Source of the DNA: an uncultured delta proteobacterium
GTDB taxonomy: Bacteria > Myxococcota > Myxococcia > SLRQ01
NCBI GenBank assembly: GCA_963727485.1
Contig: CAVSGM010000001.1
Span: 288,001-352,000 of the forward strand
DNA length: 64,000 bases
Direction of reading: 5' to 3'
Under the pieces are notes generated by a model that ran no database searches, was not told where the DNA came from, and saw nothing but the letters and a program-made list of their open reading frames with translations. Positions 46,584-56,194 of this stretch are shown in pieces. The translations under genes were made by a program, and so were the position numbers. Each line of letters opens with the position of its first letter. The first letter of the stretch is position 1.

Positions 46584-48124
46584 CGGGAGCCTCCCTGGGG
46601 GCGCAGGAGATGGCGGAGGTCGCGGAGGTCGGTGCGGCGGATGGCGCCGAAGGCGAACGCGAAGCCGACGTAGGCGGCGGCGTCGACCAGCAGCCGGAAG
46701 TGGCCCAGCGGCGCCAGGAGGAAGTGGAGGCCCACCACCGCCCCGGCCGCCGCCGCCGAGCGCATCAGCGGTGGGAGGATCGCCGGGACCACCGAGCGCT
46801 TCCCGGCGGCGAGGTGCATCAGCACCACCGCCAGGACCTCGGTGAGAAAGGTGGCCAGCGCCGCCCCGGTGCCGGCGCCCCCGGGGCCCAGGTGCGTGAC
46901 GCCCCAGGGGATGAGCAGGAGGTTGGCCACCGGGTTGAAGGCCAGCGCCGACAGCGAGGTCCAGGCGACCGCCCAGGCCTTGCCCAGCTGGTAGAGGTAG
47001 ACCGAGGAGATGGTGGCGACGTAGGTGAGGACGAAGGTCACGCCGAGCAGCTGCAGGGCGCGCACCGCCGGGAGGAAGTCGGCGCCGAAGAGGACCTGCA
47101 CCGCGAAGTGGGCCCCCAGCGCCAGCATCAGGGCGATGGGCACCGCCACCGCGGTGGTCAGCCGCAGGGTCCCGTGGATGAAGCCCTTGAGGGCCACCTC
47201 GCTCTCCGCGGCGGCCTTGGAGCTCGAGGGGAGGACCACCGCCACGATCAGGGGCAGCATCAAGAGGGTGACCCCGGTGAGGCTCCCGGCGGCGCCGTAC
47301 CAGCCGGCCTCGGTCTCGTTCGCCATGAAGGTGATCATGGTGACGTCGACCTTGTCGTAGACGGTCCGCGCCAGGCCGGCGACGTACCAGGGGAGGCTGG
47401 CGACGATCACCCCGAAGGTGGCCCGGAGGCGCCAGGTGAGCTCGAGGCCCACGTGGCGCTTCGCCAGGCGCACCAGCACCGCGGTCTTCACCCCCTCGCT
47501 GACGATCAGCACCGCCGGGATCACGGTCACCGGGAGCCCCGCCGCCAGGCCCCCGGCGATGCCGCCCCCCCAGATGAGCTTGGTGACCACGCTGAGGCGC
47601 GCGAGCCCCTTCACCTCGCCGACCGCCTGGAGGAGCGCGGCGTAGGTGACGTTGGTGGTGAACAGGATCTGGGCGAAGCCGAAGAGCACCGCCAGGTGCA
47701 GGGCCAGGCCCCGGCGCCCGGTGGCCCAGAGCACCCAGGCCATCAGGGCGACCAGCCCGAAGCCCCCGACCACCCGGATCGCCAGCAGCCCCCCGAAGAA
47801 GTCCGAGGCGTGGGTCGGGCGGGTGGCGACCTCCTTGCGGATGTAGTTGTCGACGCCCAGGGAGATGAGGACGAAGAAGGTCGCGGCGAAGTACTCGGCG
47901 AAGTAGAGGGTGCCGAAGAGGGTGGGGCCCAGGAGCCTCGGCAGGGCGAGGCGGACGACGATGGCCACCGCCCAGGTGCCCAGGAGCGCGCTGCCGAGGA
48001 TCGAGGCGTTCTTCATCGCCCCGGCGGCCGTGCTCTCCACGCCTCCGGCCGCCGGTTGCCCGGCGCCCGGCCGCAGGGGGATGACCTCCGCGGTGTGGGT
48101 CCGCTCCGCCGCTGGCTCGCCCAT
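46580..48124 (-). CDS. wzx: Wzx polysaccharide flippase
   Basis: LPRLLGPTLFG, VDVTMI...EAGWYGAA, FGADF.PA, NLLLIP...GAALATFLTE; about 14 TM. Confidence 0.9.
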   Translation of the reverse strand: MGEPAAERTHTAEVIPLRPGAGQPAAGGVESTAAGAMKNASILGSALLGTWAVAIVVRLALPRLLGPTLFGTLYFAEYFAATFFVLISLGVDNYIRKEVATRPTHASDFFGGLLAIRVVGGFGLVALMAWVLWATGRRGLALHLAVLFGFAQILFTTNVTYAALLQAVGEVKGLARLSVVTKLIWGGGIAGGLAAGLPVTVIPAVLIVSEGVKTAVLVRLAKRHVGLELTWRLRATFGVIVASLPWYVAGLARTVYDKVDVTMITFMANETEAGWYGAAGSLTGVTLLMLPLIVAVVLPSSSKAAAESEVALKGFIHGTLRLTTAVAVPIALMLALGAHFAVQVLFGADFLPAVRALQLLGVTFVLTYVATISSVYLYQLGKAWAVAWTSLSALAFNPVANLLLIPWGVTHLGPGGAGTGAALATFLTEVLAVVLMHLAAGKRSVVPAILPPLMRSAAAAGAVVGLHFLLAPLGHFRLLVDAAAYVGFAFAFGAIRRTDLRDLRHLLRPQGGSR

Positions 48125-48127
48125 CGT

Positions 48128-49496
48128 CTAGCTCGCCCCCCGGGCGCTGAACACCGCCGGGATGGTCTTGACCAGGAGCTTGAGGTCCAGCGGCAGGCTC
48201 CAGTGGTCGATGTACTGCATGTCGAGGAGCATCCAGCGGTCGAAGGAGATCTCGTTGCGGCCGCTGACCTGCCAGATGCAGGTGATGCCCGGGCGCACCG
48301 AGAGCCGCCGGCGCTGCCAGGTCTCGTAGAGGTCGACCTCGGTGGGGATGGGCGGCCGGGGGCCGACCAGGCTCATCTCGCCGCGCAGCACGTTGAGGAG
48401 CTGGGGCAGCTCGTCGATGGAGAAGCGGCGGATGAACCGGCCGATGGGCGTGATCCGCGGGTCGTGGCGGATTCTTGAACACCGGCCCGTCCTGCTCGTT
48501 GAGGGCCTCGAGGGCGGCGCGCCTGGCCTCGGCGTCGATCACCATCGAGCGGAACTTCAGCATGTCGAAGGGGCGGCCGTGGAGGCCCACCCGCCGCTGG
48601 CGGTAGAAGATCGGACCGCCGTCGAGCTTGATGAGGGCCGCCACCACGCCGAGCAGCGGCGAGAGCACCAGGAGGGCCACCGCCGAGGCGGTGACGTCGA
48701 GGAGGCGCTTGGCGGCGCGCTGGTAGGGCTTGGCCTCGTCGGGCCAGTAGTGGATGTAGCCGTCGTCGGCGCCGGCGGCCCGGGCGCGTCCGAGGCGGAA
48801 GGTGGGCAGGGGCACGGCGAAGGCCAGGCCCAGCGACTCGCAGATCGAGGCCACCCGGGAGAGGATCTCGGCGTTGGCGCCGGCGTCCTCGGCGACGTAG
48901 ACCTCGTCCACCGGGTTGTCCACCAGCACCTGGCAGAGCCCCGGGAGCTCCCCGAGGACCTGGGGGCCGTCCACGTCGGGGGCGTCGCCGGGGACCCGGA
49001 CGAAGCCCTTGATCCGCACCCGGTCGCCGAGGGCGTCGGCGGTGGCCCGGGCCAGGGCGCCGGTGCCCACGATGATGGCCTCGGCGGCCGGGGCGTCGGC
49101 GCCGTAGCGCGGCCGGAAGATGAACAAGCGCAGGAAGACGATGGGTGCGAAGACCACCGGGACCAACAGCTCCAGGGTGGGCATCGGCGTGCCGTCGGGG
49201 AGCAGGAGCTCGCTGCCGGTGAGCACCACGATGACGCTGGCGACCAGCAGGGAGGTCACCCCCAGGTCCTCGACCCGGGCCCGGAGCCGGGTGGGGTCGT
49301 AGTGCCCGAGGATGAGGCCGAGGAGGAGCCAGAGGCAGGTCACCAGGCCCAGGACCAGGAGGTGACCCTGGAGCCCGAGCGCCAGGCTCCGGCCGTCGGC
49401 GACGAGGAGGCTCCCCGTCCAGATGATGGCCAGATCCGTCGCGAGGTTCACCCTCGCGGTCCGGCCAGGCAGTAGCCGATCCGCAGCCGCGGTCAT
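48128..49496 (-). CDS. Polyprenyl glycosylphosphotransferase, priming sugar transferase (EpsZ/WcaJ-like; frameshift near 48472)
   Basis: KRLLDV, KFRSM, then shifted [52 protein letters not shown]. Confidence 0.93.
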
Positions 49497-49599
49497 GATG
49501 CCCCCCCGGGCGCTGTGGCGCCGTCATCGGTCCGAAGCAGGACCCGACCCGCGACCTGCGGCCGGGCCGCCCGACAGCGGCAACGCTGGCCTGACGAGG

Positions 49600-49615
49600 A
49601 GCAAGGGCCGTGCCG
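49600..49615 (-). promoter_or_regulatory. Sigma54 (-24/-12) promoter of the EPS operon
   Basis: Minus strand CGGCACGGCCCTTGCT = GG-N10-GC, close to consensus TGGCACG-N4-TTGC(A/T); about 105 nt upstream of the 49496 start. Confidence 0.72.
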
Positions 49616-49680
49616 CCGGCCCCCTGGGGGAGCGAAGTCCCCGATTCCCCCACACCGTGTGGGTGTGGGTACGATTGAGC

Positions 49681-49712
49681 CCCCCGGGGCGGGCGCGGAT
49701 CCGCCCCGGGGG
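49681..49712. repeat. 12-bp perfect inverted repeat (terminator-like stem or activator site)
   Basis: CCCCCGGGGCGG-N8-CCGCCCCGGGGG; a second palindrome CCCACAC-C-GTGTGGG at 49649-49663. Confidence 0.5.
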
Positions 49713-49793
49713 TGCACAACTTGACCCGAGGCCGGATCCTACCGGGCAAACTCTGCTGCGCCCCGCCGGGTCACCGGGACCCCGGCCGCGCGG

Positions 49794-51656
49794 CTAGGGC
49801 GTGAGCACGAAGGTGGTGACGCTCTGGGCGGGCAGGGTGGCCACGAAGGCGTTGGTCGCCGAGAGGGTCGGCGCAGGGACCGGGGCCGGATCGGCATTCC
49901 CTGCCGTCACCGCGTAGGCCGCCACCGTGCCGTAGGTCGTGGTCCCGGTGACCTGGATCCCGGCGGAGAGATCCCCACTCGAGCGGTTGATGGCCACCAC
50001 CACCATTCGCGACGGATCCTGGGTGTCGACGCTGGCGAAGACCGCGGTGTCCGGGACGTCGTCGGTGTCCGCGTGGATCGAGGTGTCGCCGAAGGCGCCG
50101 TCGTTCCCGTCGAAGTTCCGGAAGGCCTCGAAGGCGCCGTCGATGAAGTGGTCGTCGGTGCTCCCCAGGTGCCAGAGGTTGGCGGCGAACACGTTCTCCC
50201 GGCCGAGGACGCCCAGGAACGCCGCCTCGGCGATGGCCCCGGAGATGTCGGCGCCGCCGCCGTAGTAGTACTCGGTGATCGCCAGGCGCACGCCCGGGTC
50301 GTGGGCGTCGATCTTGGCCTGGAGCCGGGGCAGCAGGGCGATGGCCTGGCCGCCGAGGGTCTGGGGGATCCAGCTGTTCTCCACGTAGGTCGGGTCCCAG
50401 AGCGACCGGGGTGCCTGCTCCCGGGCCGCGGCGATGGCCGCCGACGCCGAGTCGCTGGTGATCCGGGTGCCGCCGCCGGTGGCCTCGGGGTACCAGTGGA
50501 CGTCGAGGACGTCGACGAGGCGCCGGCCCTGCTGCTGCTCGGCGGCGCTGACCGCGTCGAGGTAGAAGTCGAGGAAGTCGCGGCCGCCCGCGTCGGGGGC
50601 GTTCTGGAGGTTCACGTACCCCGCCCACCCGTAGCTCACCGGCCCGAAGACCTTGGCGTCCGGGGCCACGTCCTTGATCGCCGAGGCGTAGTCCAGGGTC
50701 TTCTGGAGGAGCTCCGCGTAGGTCACCGGGTTGGGGTGGATCCGGGGGTGGGTGCTCGACCAGAGGTCCGGCTCGTTGTCGAGGGAGTAGAAGATCTCCC
50801 GGGTCGGGTCGCCGTGGGACCCGGGGAAGGTCTTCTCCAGCCACGCCACGAACTCGTCCTGGTAGACGGTGCCGTCGGTGAGGTCCGGCGGGTCGGAGAA
50901 GGGCGCGTTCTTCCGGGCCACGCTCACGTCGAAGCGGGTCTGGAGGTAGTTCGCACCCGAGCTCGCCACGTCCCCGCCGGGGGACTTGTCCGCGGCGACG
51001 TAGCCGGTCATGGGTACGGTCACGATCATCGAGACCCCGGCGTCGTGGGCCGCCGCCACCCGGCTCCGGACGGCCTCCCCAGGGGTGCTCCCCCCGCCGA
51101 GGTAGCCGTCGTTCTCGTTGAGGTAGTCGCTGCCGGCGTTGGAGGCGTTGTTCTCCCAGTTGTAGGTACTCCACCGGTTCCCGCCCGCCCGGCCCAGGGC
51201 CAGGTTCAGGGGCTTCTGGGTGAAGTCGTGCTCGTTCATCCCGTAGATGTACGGGGAGACGGGGTGGACGTCCCGGGTGGCGTCGATGGTGAAGTGGACG
51301 TCGCTCGGCCCCGGGTCGCCGGGGGAGACGGGGGTGCCACCGGAGCCGCCGCCCGAGCCGCCGCGAGCCGCCGAGCCGCCACCGGAGCCGCCGCCCGAGC
51401 CGCCCGAGCCGCCGCCCGTGCTGCCGCCGGAGCCGCCATCGGTCGCACCGCCTGAGCCGCCGGTCGAACCGCCGGAGCCGCCGGTCGAACCGCCGGTCGA
51501 ACCACCGCCGCCGGTGCCGGTGCTCGCGGTGCCACCGTCTGGGGCGGTGACGCCGCCGTTGCCATTGCCACCGGGGGAACCGGGGGCGACCCCGCATCCG
51601 GCGAAGAGAACTGCGAGCCCTGCCGTGAGGGCGAGGACGGGCTTGCTGCTGCGCAC
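49794..51656 (-). CDS. Glycoside hydrolase family 44 lipoprotein with Gly/Ser tether
   Basis: Lipobox LFAGC, long GGS/GGT linker, GGNRWSTYNWENNASNAGSDY, LDNEPDLW, LDVHWYPE, LAITEY. Confidence 0.9.
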   Translation of the reverse strand: MRSSKPVLALTAGLAVLFAGCGVAPGSPGGNGNGGVTAPDGGTASTGTGGGGSTGGSTGGSGGSTGGSGGATDGGSGGSTGGGSGGSGGGSGGGSAARGGSGGGSGGTPVSPGDPGPSDVHFTIDATRDVHPVSPYIYGMNEHDFTQKPLNLALGRAGGNRWSTYNWENNASNAGSDYLNENDGYLGGGSTPGEAVRSRVAAAHDAGVSMIVTVPMTGYVAADKSPGGDVASSGANYLQTRFDVSVARKNAPFSDPPDLTDGTVYQDEFVAWLEKTFPGSHGDPTREIFYSLDNEPDLWSSTHPRIHPNPVTYAELLQKTLDYASAIKDVAPDAKVFGPVSYGWAGYVNLQNAPDAGGRDFLDFYLDAVSAAEQQQGRRLVDVLDVHWYPEATGGGTRITSDSASAAIAAAREQAPRSLWDPTYVENSWIPQTLGGQAIALLPRLQAKIDAHDPGVRLAITEYYYGGGADISGAIAEAAFLGVLGRENVFAANLWHLGSTDDHFIDGAFEAFRNFDGNDGAFGDTSIHADTDDVPDTAVFASVDTQDPSRMVVVAINRSSGDLSAGIQVTGTTTYGTVAAYAVTAGNADPAPVPAPTLSATNAFVATLPAQSVTTFVLTP

Positions 51657-51789
51657 GTCGTGACTCCCGCCCCCCGGCGAGTTCCGGCGACCCTAGTGGA
51701 CCCCGGGCGCCTGGCGATAGCGGGCCCGGTGCCCCAGGGGCAGGATGCCTCCCGCGGCGGCGGCGGACGGGTTAGGTTGGGTGTCACCC

Positions 51790-54234
51790 ATGACCGAGCG
51801 CTACATCTGCATCCACGGCCACTTCTACCAGCCGCCCCGCGAGAACCCCTGGCTCGAGGCCATCGAGGTCCAGGACTCGGCCTACCCCCACCACGACTGG
51901 AACGCCCGGGTCCACGCCGAGTGCTACCGGACCAACGCCTCGGCCCGCATCCTCGACGGCGCCGGGCGCATCGTGGACATCATCAACACCTACGCCCGGA
52001 TCAGCTTCAACTTCGGGCCCACGCTCCTCTCGTGGATGGAGCACGCGGACCCGGAGGTCTACCGGGCCATCCGCAAGGCCGACGTCCTCTCCCGGGCGCG
52101 CTTCTCCGGCCACGGCTCGGCGCTGGCCCAGGCCTACAACCACGTGATCATGCCCCTGGCCAGCCACCGGGACCGGGTGACCCAGGTGCGCTGGGGCATC
52201 GCCGACTTCGCCCACCGCTTCGGCCGGGCCCCCGAGGGGATGTGGCTCCCGGAGACCGCCGTCGACCTCGACACCCTCGAGATCCTCGCCGACCACGGCC
52301 TGAAGTTCACCGTCCTCGCCCCTCACCAGGCCGGCCGGGTGCGCCCGGAGGGCGAGACCGCCTGGCACGACGTCACCGGCGGCCGGGTCGATCCCACCCG
52401 GCCCTATGTCCAGCGCCTCCCCTCGGGGAAGGAGATCGCCCTGTTCTTCTACGACGGGCCGGTGTCCCGGGCGGTGGCCTTCGAGAAGCTCCTGGGGAGC
52501 GGCGAGCGCTTCGCCCGGCGCCTCGCCGACATCTTCGACGCCGAGCGCGAGGGGCCCCAGCTCGCGCACATCGCCACCGACGGCGAGACCTACGGCCACC
52601 ACCACCGCCACGGGGAGATGGCGCTCGCCTACGCCCTGGCCCACATCGAGGACACCGGGCTCGCCCGGCTCACCAACTACGGCGAGCTCCTCGAGCGCCA
52701 CCCGCCGACGAGCGAGGTGGAGATCCTCGAGGACACCTCCTGGAGCTGCGCCCACGGCATCGAGCGCTGGCGCAGCGACTGCGGGTGCAGCACCGGCGGC
52801 CCCGAGCACTGGAACCAGGCCTGGCGGGGGCCCCTGCGCGAGGCCCTCGACTGGCTCCGGGACCAGGTGACCCCCCACTACGAGGCCGAGGCCGGCCGGC
52901 TCTTCGCCGACCCCTGGGCCGCCCGCGACGCCTACGTCGACGTGGTCCTCGATCGCGCCCCCGAGCGCGTCGCCCGCTTCCTCGAGGCCCAGGCCGGCCG
53001 GCCCCTCGACGCCGGGGAGCGGGTGCGGGCCCTCGAGCTCCTCGAGCTCCAGCGCCACGCCATGCTCATGTACACCAGCTGCGGCTGGTTCTTCACCGAC
53101 CTCGCCGGGATCGAGACGGTGCAGGTCCTCCAGTACGCCGGCCGGGTGGTGCAGCTCGCCGAGCACCTCTTCGGCGAGGCCTTCGAGGCCGAGTTCCTCG
53201 CGCGCCTCGAGGGGGCCAGGAGCAACCTCGAGGCCCAGGGCAGCGGCCGGGACATCTACCAGCGGGCGGTGGTCCCGGCGCGGGTCGACCTCCAGAAGGT
53301 CGCGGTCCACTGGGCGTTGAGCTCGCTCTTCGACCTCGACGGCGGCCGGGAGCGCGTCTACTGCTACCGCGCCGAGAGCCAGGACTACCACGAGGCCGAG
53401 GCGGGCCGGGCGCACCTCGCCCTGGGGAAGGTCCGGGTGGTCTCGGGCATCACCGGGGAGGAGGGGCGCTTCGCCTTCGGGGCGCTCCACTTCGGCGACC
53501 ACAACCTCACCGCCGGGGTCGGCGGCTTCGAGGACGAGGCCGCCTACGCCCGGATGGTCGACGAGGTCACCGAGGCCTTCCGCCGCGCCGACCTCGCCGA
53601 GGCCCTCCGCCGTCTCGACCACCACTTCGGCGAGCGCCCCTTCGGCCTCCGGTCCCTGTTCCGGGACGAGCAGCGGGCGATCCTCGACCGCCTCCTCGAC
53701 ACCAGCCTCGGCGACGCCGACACCGCCAACCGGCGTCTCTACCGGACCTACGCCCCCCTGATGCGCTTCGTCGACGGCCTCGGGGCGCCGGTGCCCGCGG
53801 TGATGCGGGCCTCGGCGGCCTACGTGATCAACCGGGACCTCCGGGAGGCGGTGGAGGCCGACGAGGTGGACCCGGGCGAGGTCCGCCGGCTCATGGCCGA
53901 GGCCCGGGACTTCGACCTCGAGGTGGACACCGCCGGGGTCGCCTTCGCCCTCACCTCCGCCCTCGAGTCCCTGGCCGAGCCCCTCACCGCGGCGCCGGTG
54001 GACCAGCGGAGCCTCGAGCGCCTCGACGCCCGGGTGGCCCTCCAGCCCCTCCTCGGCTTCGAGGTGGACCTGTGGCGGATCCAGAACGTGGTGTGGCAGC
54101 TCCTCCAGGAGGCCTACCCCACCAGGCGGCGCCAGGCCCACGCCGGGGACGAGGCGGCCGCGGCCTGGGTGGCGCGCTTCGAGCGCCTCGCCGCCGCCCT
54201 GGCGATCCGGGTGCTGCCGCCGGACCAGGGCTGA
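51790..54234 (+). CDS. GH57-family / DUF3536 alpha-glucan enzyme
   Basis: IHGHFYQPPRENPW, SFNFGPTLLSW, GMWLPETAVD, ATDGETYGHH, SWSCAHGIERW, MYTSCGWFF. Confidence 0.93.
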   Translation: MTERYICIHGHFYQPPRENPWLEAIEVQDSAYPHHDWNARVHAECYRTNASARILDGAGRIVDIINTYARISFNFGPTLLSWMEHADPEVYRAIRKADVLSRARFSGHGSALAQAYNHVIMPLASHRDRVTQVRWGIADFAHRFGRAPEGMWLPETAVDLDTLEILADHGLKFTVLAPHQAGRVRPEGETAWHDVTGGRVDPTRPYVQRLPSGKEIALFFYDGPVSRAVAFEKLLGSGERFARRLADIFDAEREGPQLAHIATDGETYGHHHRHGEMALAYALAHIEDTGLARLTNYGELLERHPPTSEVEILEDTSWSCAHGIERWRSDCGCSTGGPEHWNQAWRGPLREALDWLRDQVTPHYEAEAGRLFADPWAARDAYVDVVLDRAPERVARFLEAQAGRPLDAGERVRALELLELQRHAMLMYTSCGWFFTDLAGIETVQVLQYAGRVVQLAEHLFGEAFEAEFLARLEGARSNLEAQGSGRDIYQRAVVPARVDLQKVAVHWALSSLFDLDGGRERVYCYRAESQDYHEAEAGRAHLALGKVRVVSGITGEEGRFAFGALHFGDHNLTAGVGGFEDEAAYARMVDEVTEAFRRADLAEALRRLDHHFGERPFGLRSLFRDEQRAILDRLLDTSLGDADTANRRLYRTYAPLMRFVDGLGAPVPAVMRASAAYVINRDLREAVEADEVDPGEVRRLMAEARDFDLEVDTAGVAFALTSALESLAEPLTAAPVDQRSLERLDARVALQPLLGFEVDLWRIQNVVWQLLQEAYPTRRRQAHAGDEAAAAWVARFERLAAALAIRVLPPDQG

Positions 54235-54273
54235 CCGGGGCCGGGCCGACCGGGCCCGAGGCGACGCCGGCGC

Positions 54274-54462
54274 CTAGGGCTCGAAGCTGGCGAGGACCAG
54301 GCGGACCCAGGGGTCCTCGTCCGCGGGCTCGGCGGGGGCGAAGAGCAGGGCGTCGGGGTCCACGCCGAGGGCCCGGGCCGTGGGGGCGGCCCGCTCGAAG
54401 GCGGTGGTGCCCGAGAGGAGGACGGCGTCGAGGTGCTCGCAGACGACGGGATCGAGGGTCAT
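54274..54462 (-). CDS. Small acidic hypothetical protein (62 aa)
   Basis: AAGGAG RBS 6 nt before ATG 54462; GC3-rich codons; MTLDPVVCEHLDAVLL...LASFEP. Confidence 0.55.
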   Translation of the reverse strand: MTLDPVVCEHLDAVLLSGTTAFERAAPTARALGVDPDALLFAPAEPADEDPWVRLVLASFEP

Positions 54463-54569
54463 GGCGATCTCCTTGGGAGGGGCGGGCGACGGGTGCCCGG
54501 GGCCCTCGGGGAGATCACGACCCGTGCCAGGGGCGGCGTCGCCCCAAGCCCGCGGGATCCCGAATCCGG

Positions 54570-56120
54570 TCACGACCCCGGGGCGGCCGCCGGTCCGGAT
54601 CCGCGACGAGCGGTCCAGCGCCGGGCCACCGGGACGGCCACCGCCACGACCAGAGCCGGCCCGTAGACCAGCGCCCGGAGCCACCAGGGACCCCCGTCGG
54701 CGGTCCCCACCTGCGGGAGCGCCACCAGGTAGTGCAGGGGCAGGGAGGCGGCGAGGACCGCGATGGCCGGCCACCAGGCGAGCGGCACGAGGGCCACCAC
54801 CGGGAGCCAGTACCAGGGGAAGGCGGTGGGCGAGAGGAAGAGGCCGGCGGCGAGGGCCACGGCAATCATCCGGGGGAGGGGCCAGCGCCCGGGGCGCCTG
54901 CGGGCGGCGAGGAGCACGGCGACCACCGCGGCGAGCGCCAGGAGGGCCGCGGTGGCCCGGGCCAGGGTCTCGGGCCACAGCCCCAGGTGGAGCAGCGCCG
55001 TCCCCGGGGCCGGGAAGCCGGGGTGGGCCGGGAGCGCCCCGAAGCGCAGGAGCACGTGGGTGGCCCGGCCGCTGAACAGGAGCCCGCCGCGGAGCAGGTG
55101 GAGGTGGAGGTAGAGGCGTCCGCCGCCCGGGCCGGCGTGGTCGAGGCCGGTGAGCGACCACACCGCCCGCCACCCGTCGAGGATCGCCGCGTAGGCGGCG
55201 TCGCCGGCGCGCCAGTGGGCGGCGTAGCGGGTGAGGGCGTCGAAGACGTGGGTCCCGGCGGGGAGGTAGGGGATCCAGAGGAGCGCGGCAGCGACCGCGG
55301 CCCCGGCGAGGAGGGCGGCCCGGCTCCGGCCGCGGGCCCCGGGGCGCAGGGCCACCAGGACCAGGACCACGGCGACCGGGGGCTTCATCAGGGCGGCGGC
55401 GGCGAGGGCGGCGCCGGCGAGGATCGGCCGCGGGCGCCGGGTGGCCTCGAGGGCGAAGAGCCCGGCGACCACCGCCAGGGCCACCGCCGCGTCGAGGTGG
55501 CCGGCCAGGGACGACTCGGCGATCGCCAGGGGGCAGGCGCCATAGATCACCGCCCCGGCGAGGTCCCGGCCCCGGCGGGCGAGCCACCCGGCGAGCAGGA
55601 GGATCGTCGCCGCGTCGCACAGGGCCATCAGGGCCTTGACCGCCCGCACCGGCCAGGGGCCCCGGGCGGCGAGGCGGAAGAGCCACTGGGCCGCCGGGAA
55701 GTAGACCGAGGGCAGGGTGGGGTAGCGGACCTCGTCGAACCAGGGCGGGCGGAGGGCGGCGAGGCGGGGGCTCGCGGGCGGCGCGAGATAGGGGGTGGCG
55801 GCGCCGAGGCGCTGGGCGGCCCCCTCGAAGGCGTAGCGGTAGGCGTCGGGCGAGAGGGCCGGGGGGGCCGCGGCGAGGGCGAGGCGGGTGGCGATCACCA
55901 GGGCGAGGGCGGCGCCGACGCCGCCCCGGAGGCGCCCGCGGCGCCAGAGCCACACCGAGGCGAGCCAGGGACCGGCGGCGGCGACCAGGCCCGCGACCTG
56001 GAGGCCGGGGTGGCCCGGGGGCACCGCAAAGGCGACCCCGAGGAGGAGCGCGGAGACCCCGGCGGCGGGCGCCCAGGCCGGGATCGCGCGGGATTCGTCA
56101 GTGAGTTCGCTGGGCTGCAC
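54570..56120 (-). CDS. GT-C-type polytopic glycosyltransferase (GT87/DUF2029-like)
   Basis: LSPDAYRYAFEG, PSVYFPAAQWLF, CPLAIAE...GHLD, LMKP, LSPTAFPWYW; many TM. Confidence 0.78.
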   Translation of the reverse strand: MQPSELTDESRAIPAWAPAAGVSALLLGVAFAVPPGHPGLQVAGLVAAAGPWLASVWLWRRGRLRGGVGAALALVIATRLALAAAPPALSPDAYRYAFEGAAQRLGAATPYLAPPASPRLAALRPPWFDEVRYPTLPSVYFPAAQWLFRLAARGPWPVRAVKALMALCDAATILLLAGWLARRGRDLAGAVIYGACPLAIAESSLAGHLDAAVALAVVAGLFALEATRRPRPILAGAALAAAALMKPPVAVVLVLVALRPGARGRSRAALLAGAAVAAALLWIPYLPAGTHVFDALTRYAAHWRAGDAAYAAILDGWRAVWSLTGLDHAGPGGGRLYLHLHLLRGGLLFSGRATHVLLRFGALPAHPGFPAPGTALLHLGLWPETLARATAALLALAAVVAVLLAARRRPGRWPLPRMIAVALAAGLFLSPTAFPWYWLPVVALVPLAWWPAIAVLAASLPLHYLVALPQVGTADGGPWWLRALVYGPALVVAVAVPVARRWTARRGSGPAAAPGS

Positions 56121-56194
56121 CGCGAGCGTCTCGTTGACACCGCGTCCGGCCCCAAGGCATAAGGGGACACGTCTTTACCTGCGGCGGAGTCGGC

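Noticed and set aside
42679..49496. Phase variation or inactivation of the EPS locus by frameshifts in three genes
   Set aside because: The shifts are not in long simple-sequence tracts, and their density is similar to that in housekeeping genes.
41162..49496. Giant track ORFs (1077 aa and 1168 aa) suggesting PCP-Wzy and transferase-OPX fusions
   Set aside because: The middle parts are Arg/Pro/Gly-rich off-frame translations produced by indels; each component has its own start and stop.
51340..51515. Short tandem repeats (gagccgcc units) as a possible CRISPR array or VNTR
   Set aside because: They encode the Gly/Ser linker of the GH44 lipoprotein; there is no repeat-spacer structure and no cas gene.
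25583..51697. 8-bp inverted pair ACTAGGGT (25583) / ACCCTAGT (51690) at the ends of the polysaccharide block as mobile-element ends
   Set aside because: Too short, no target duplication and no recombinase or transposase; compatible with chance.
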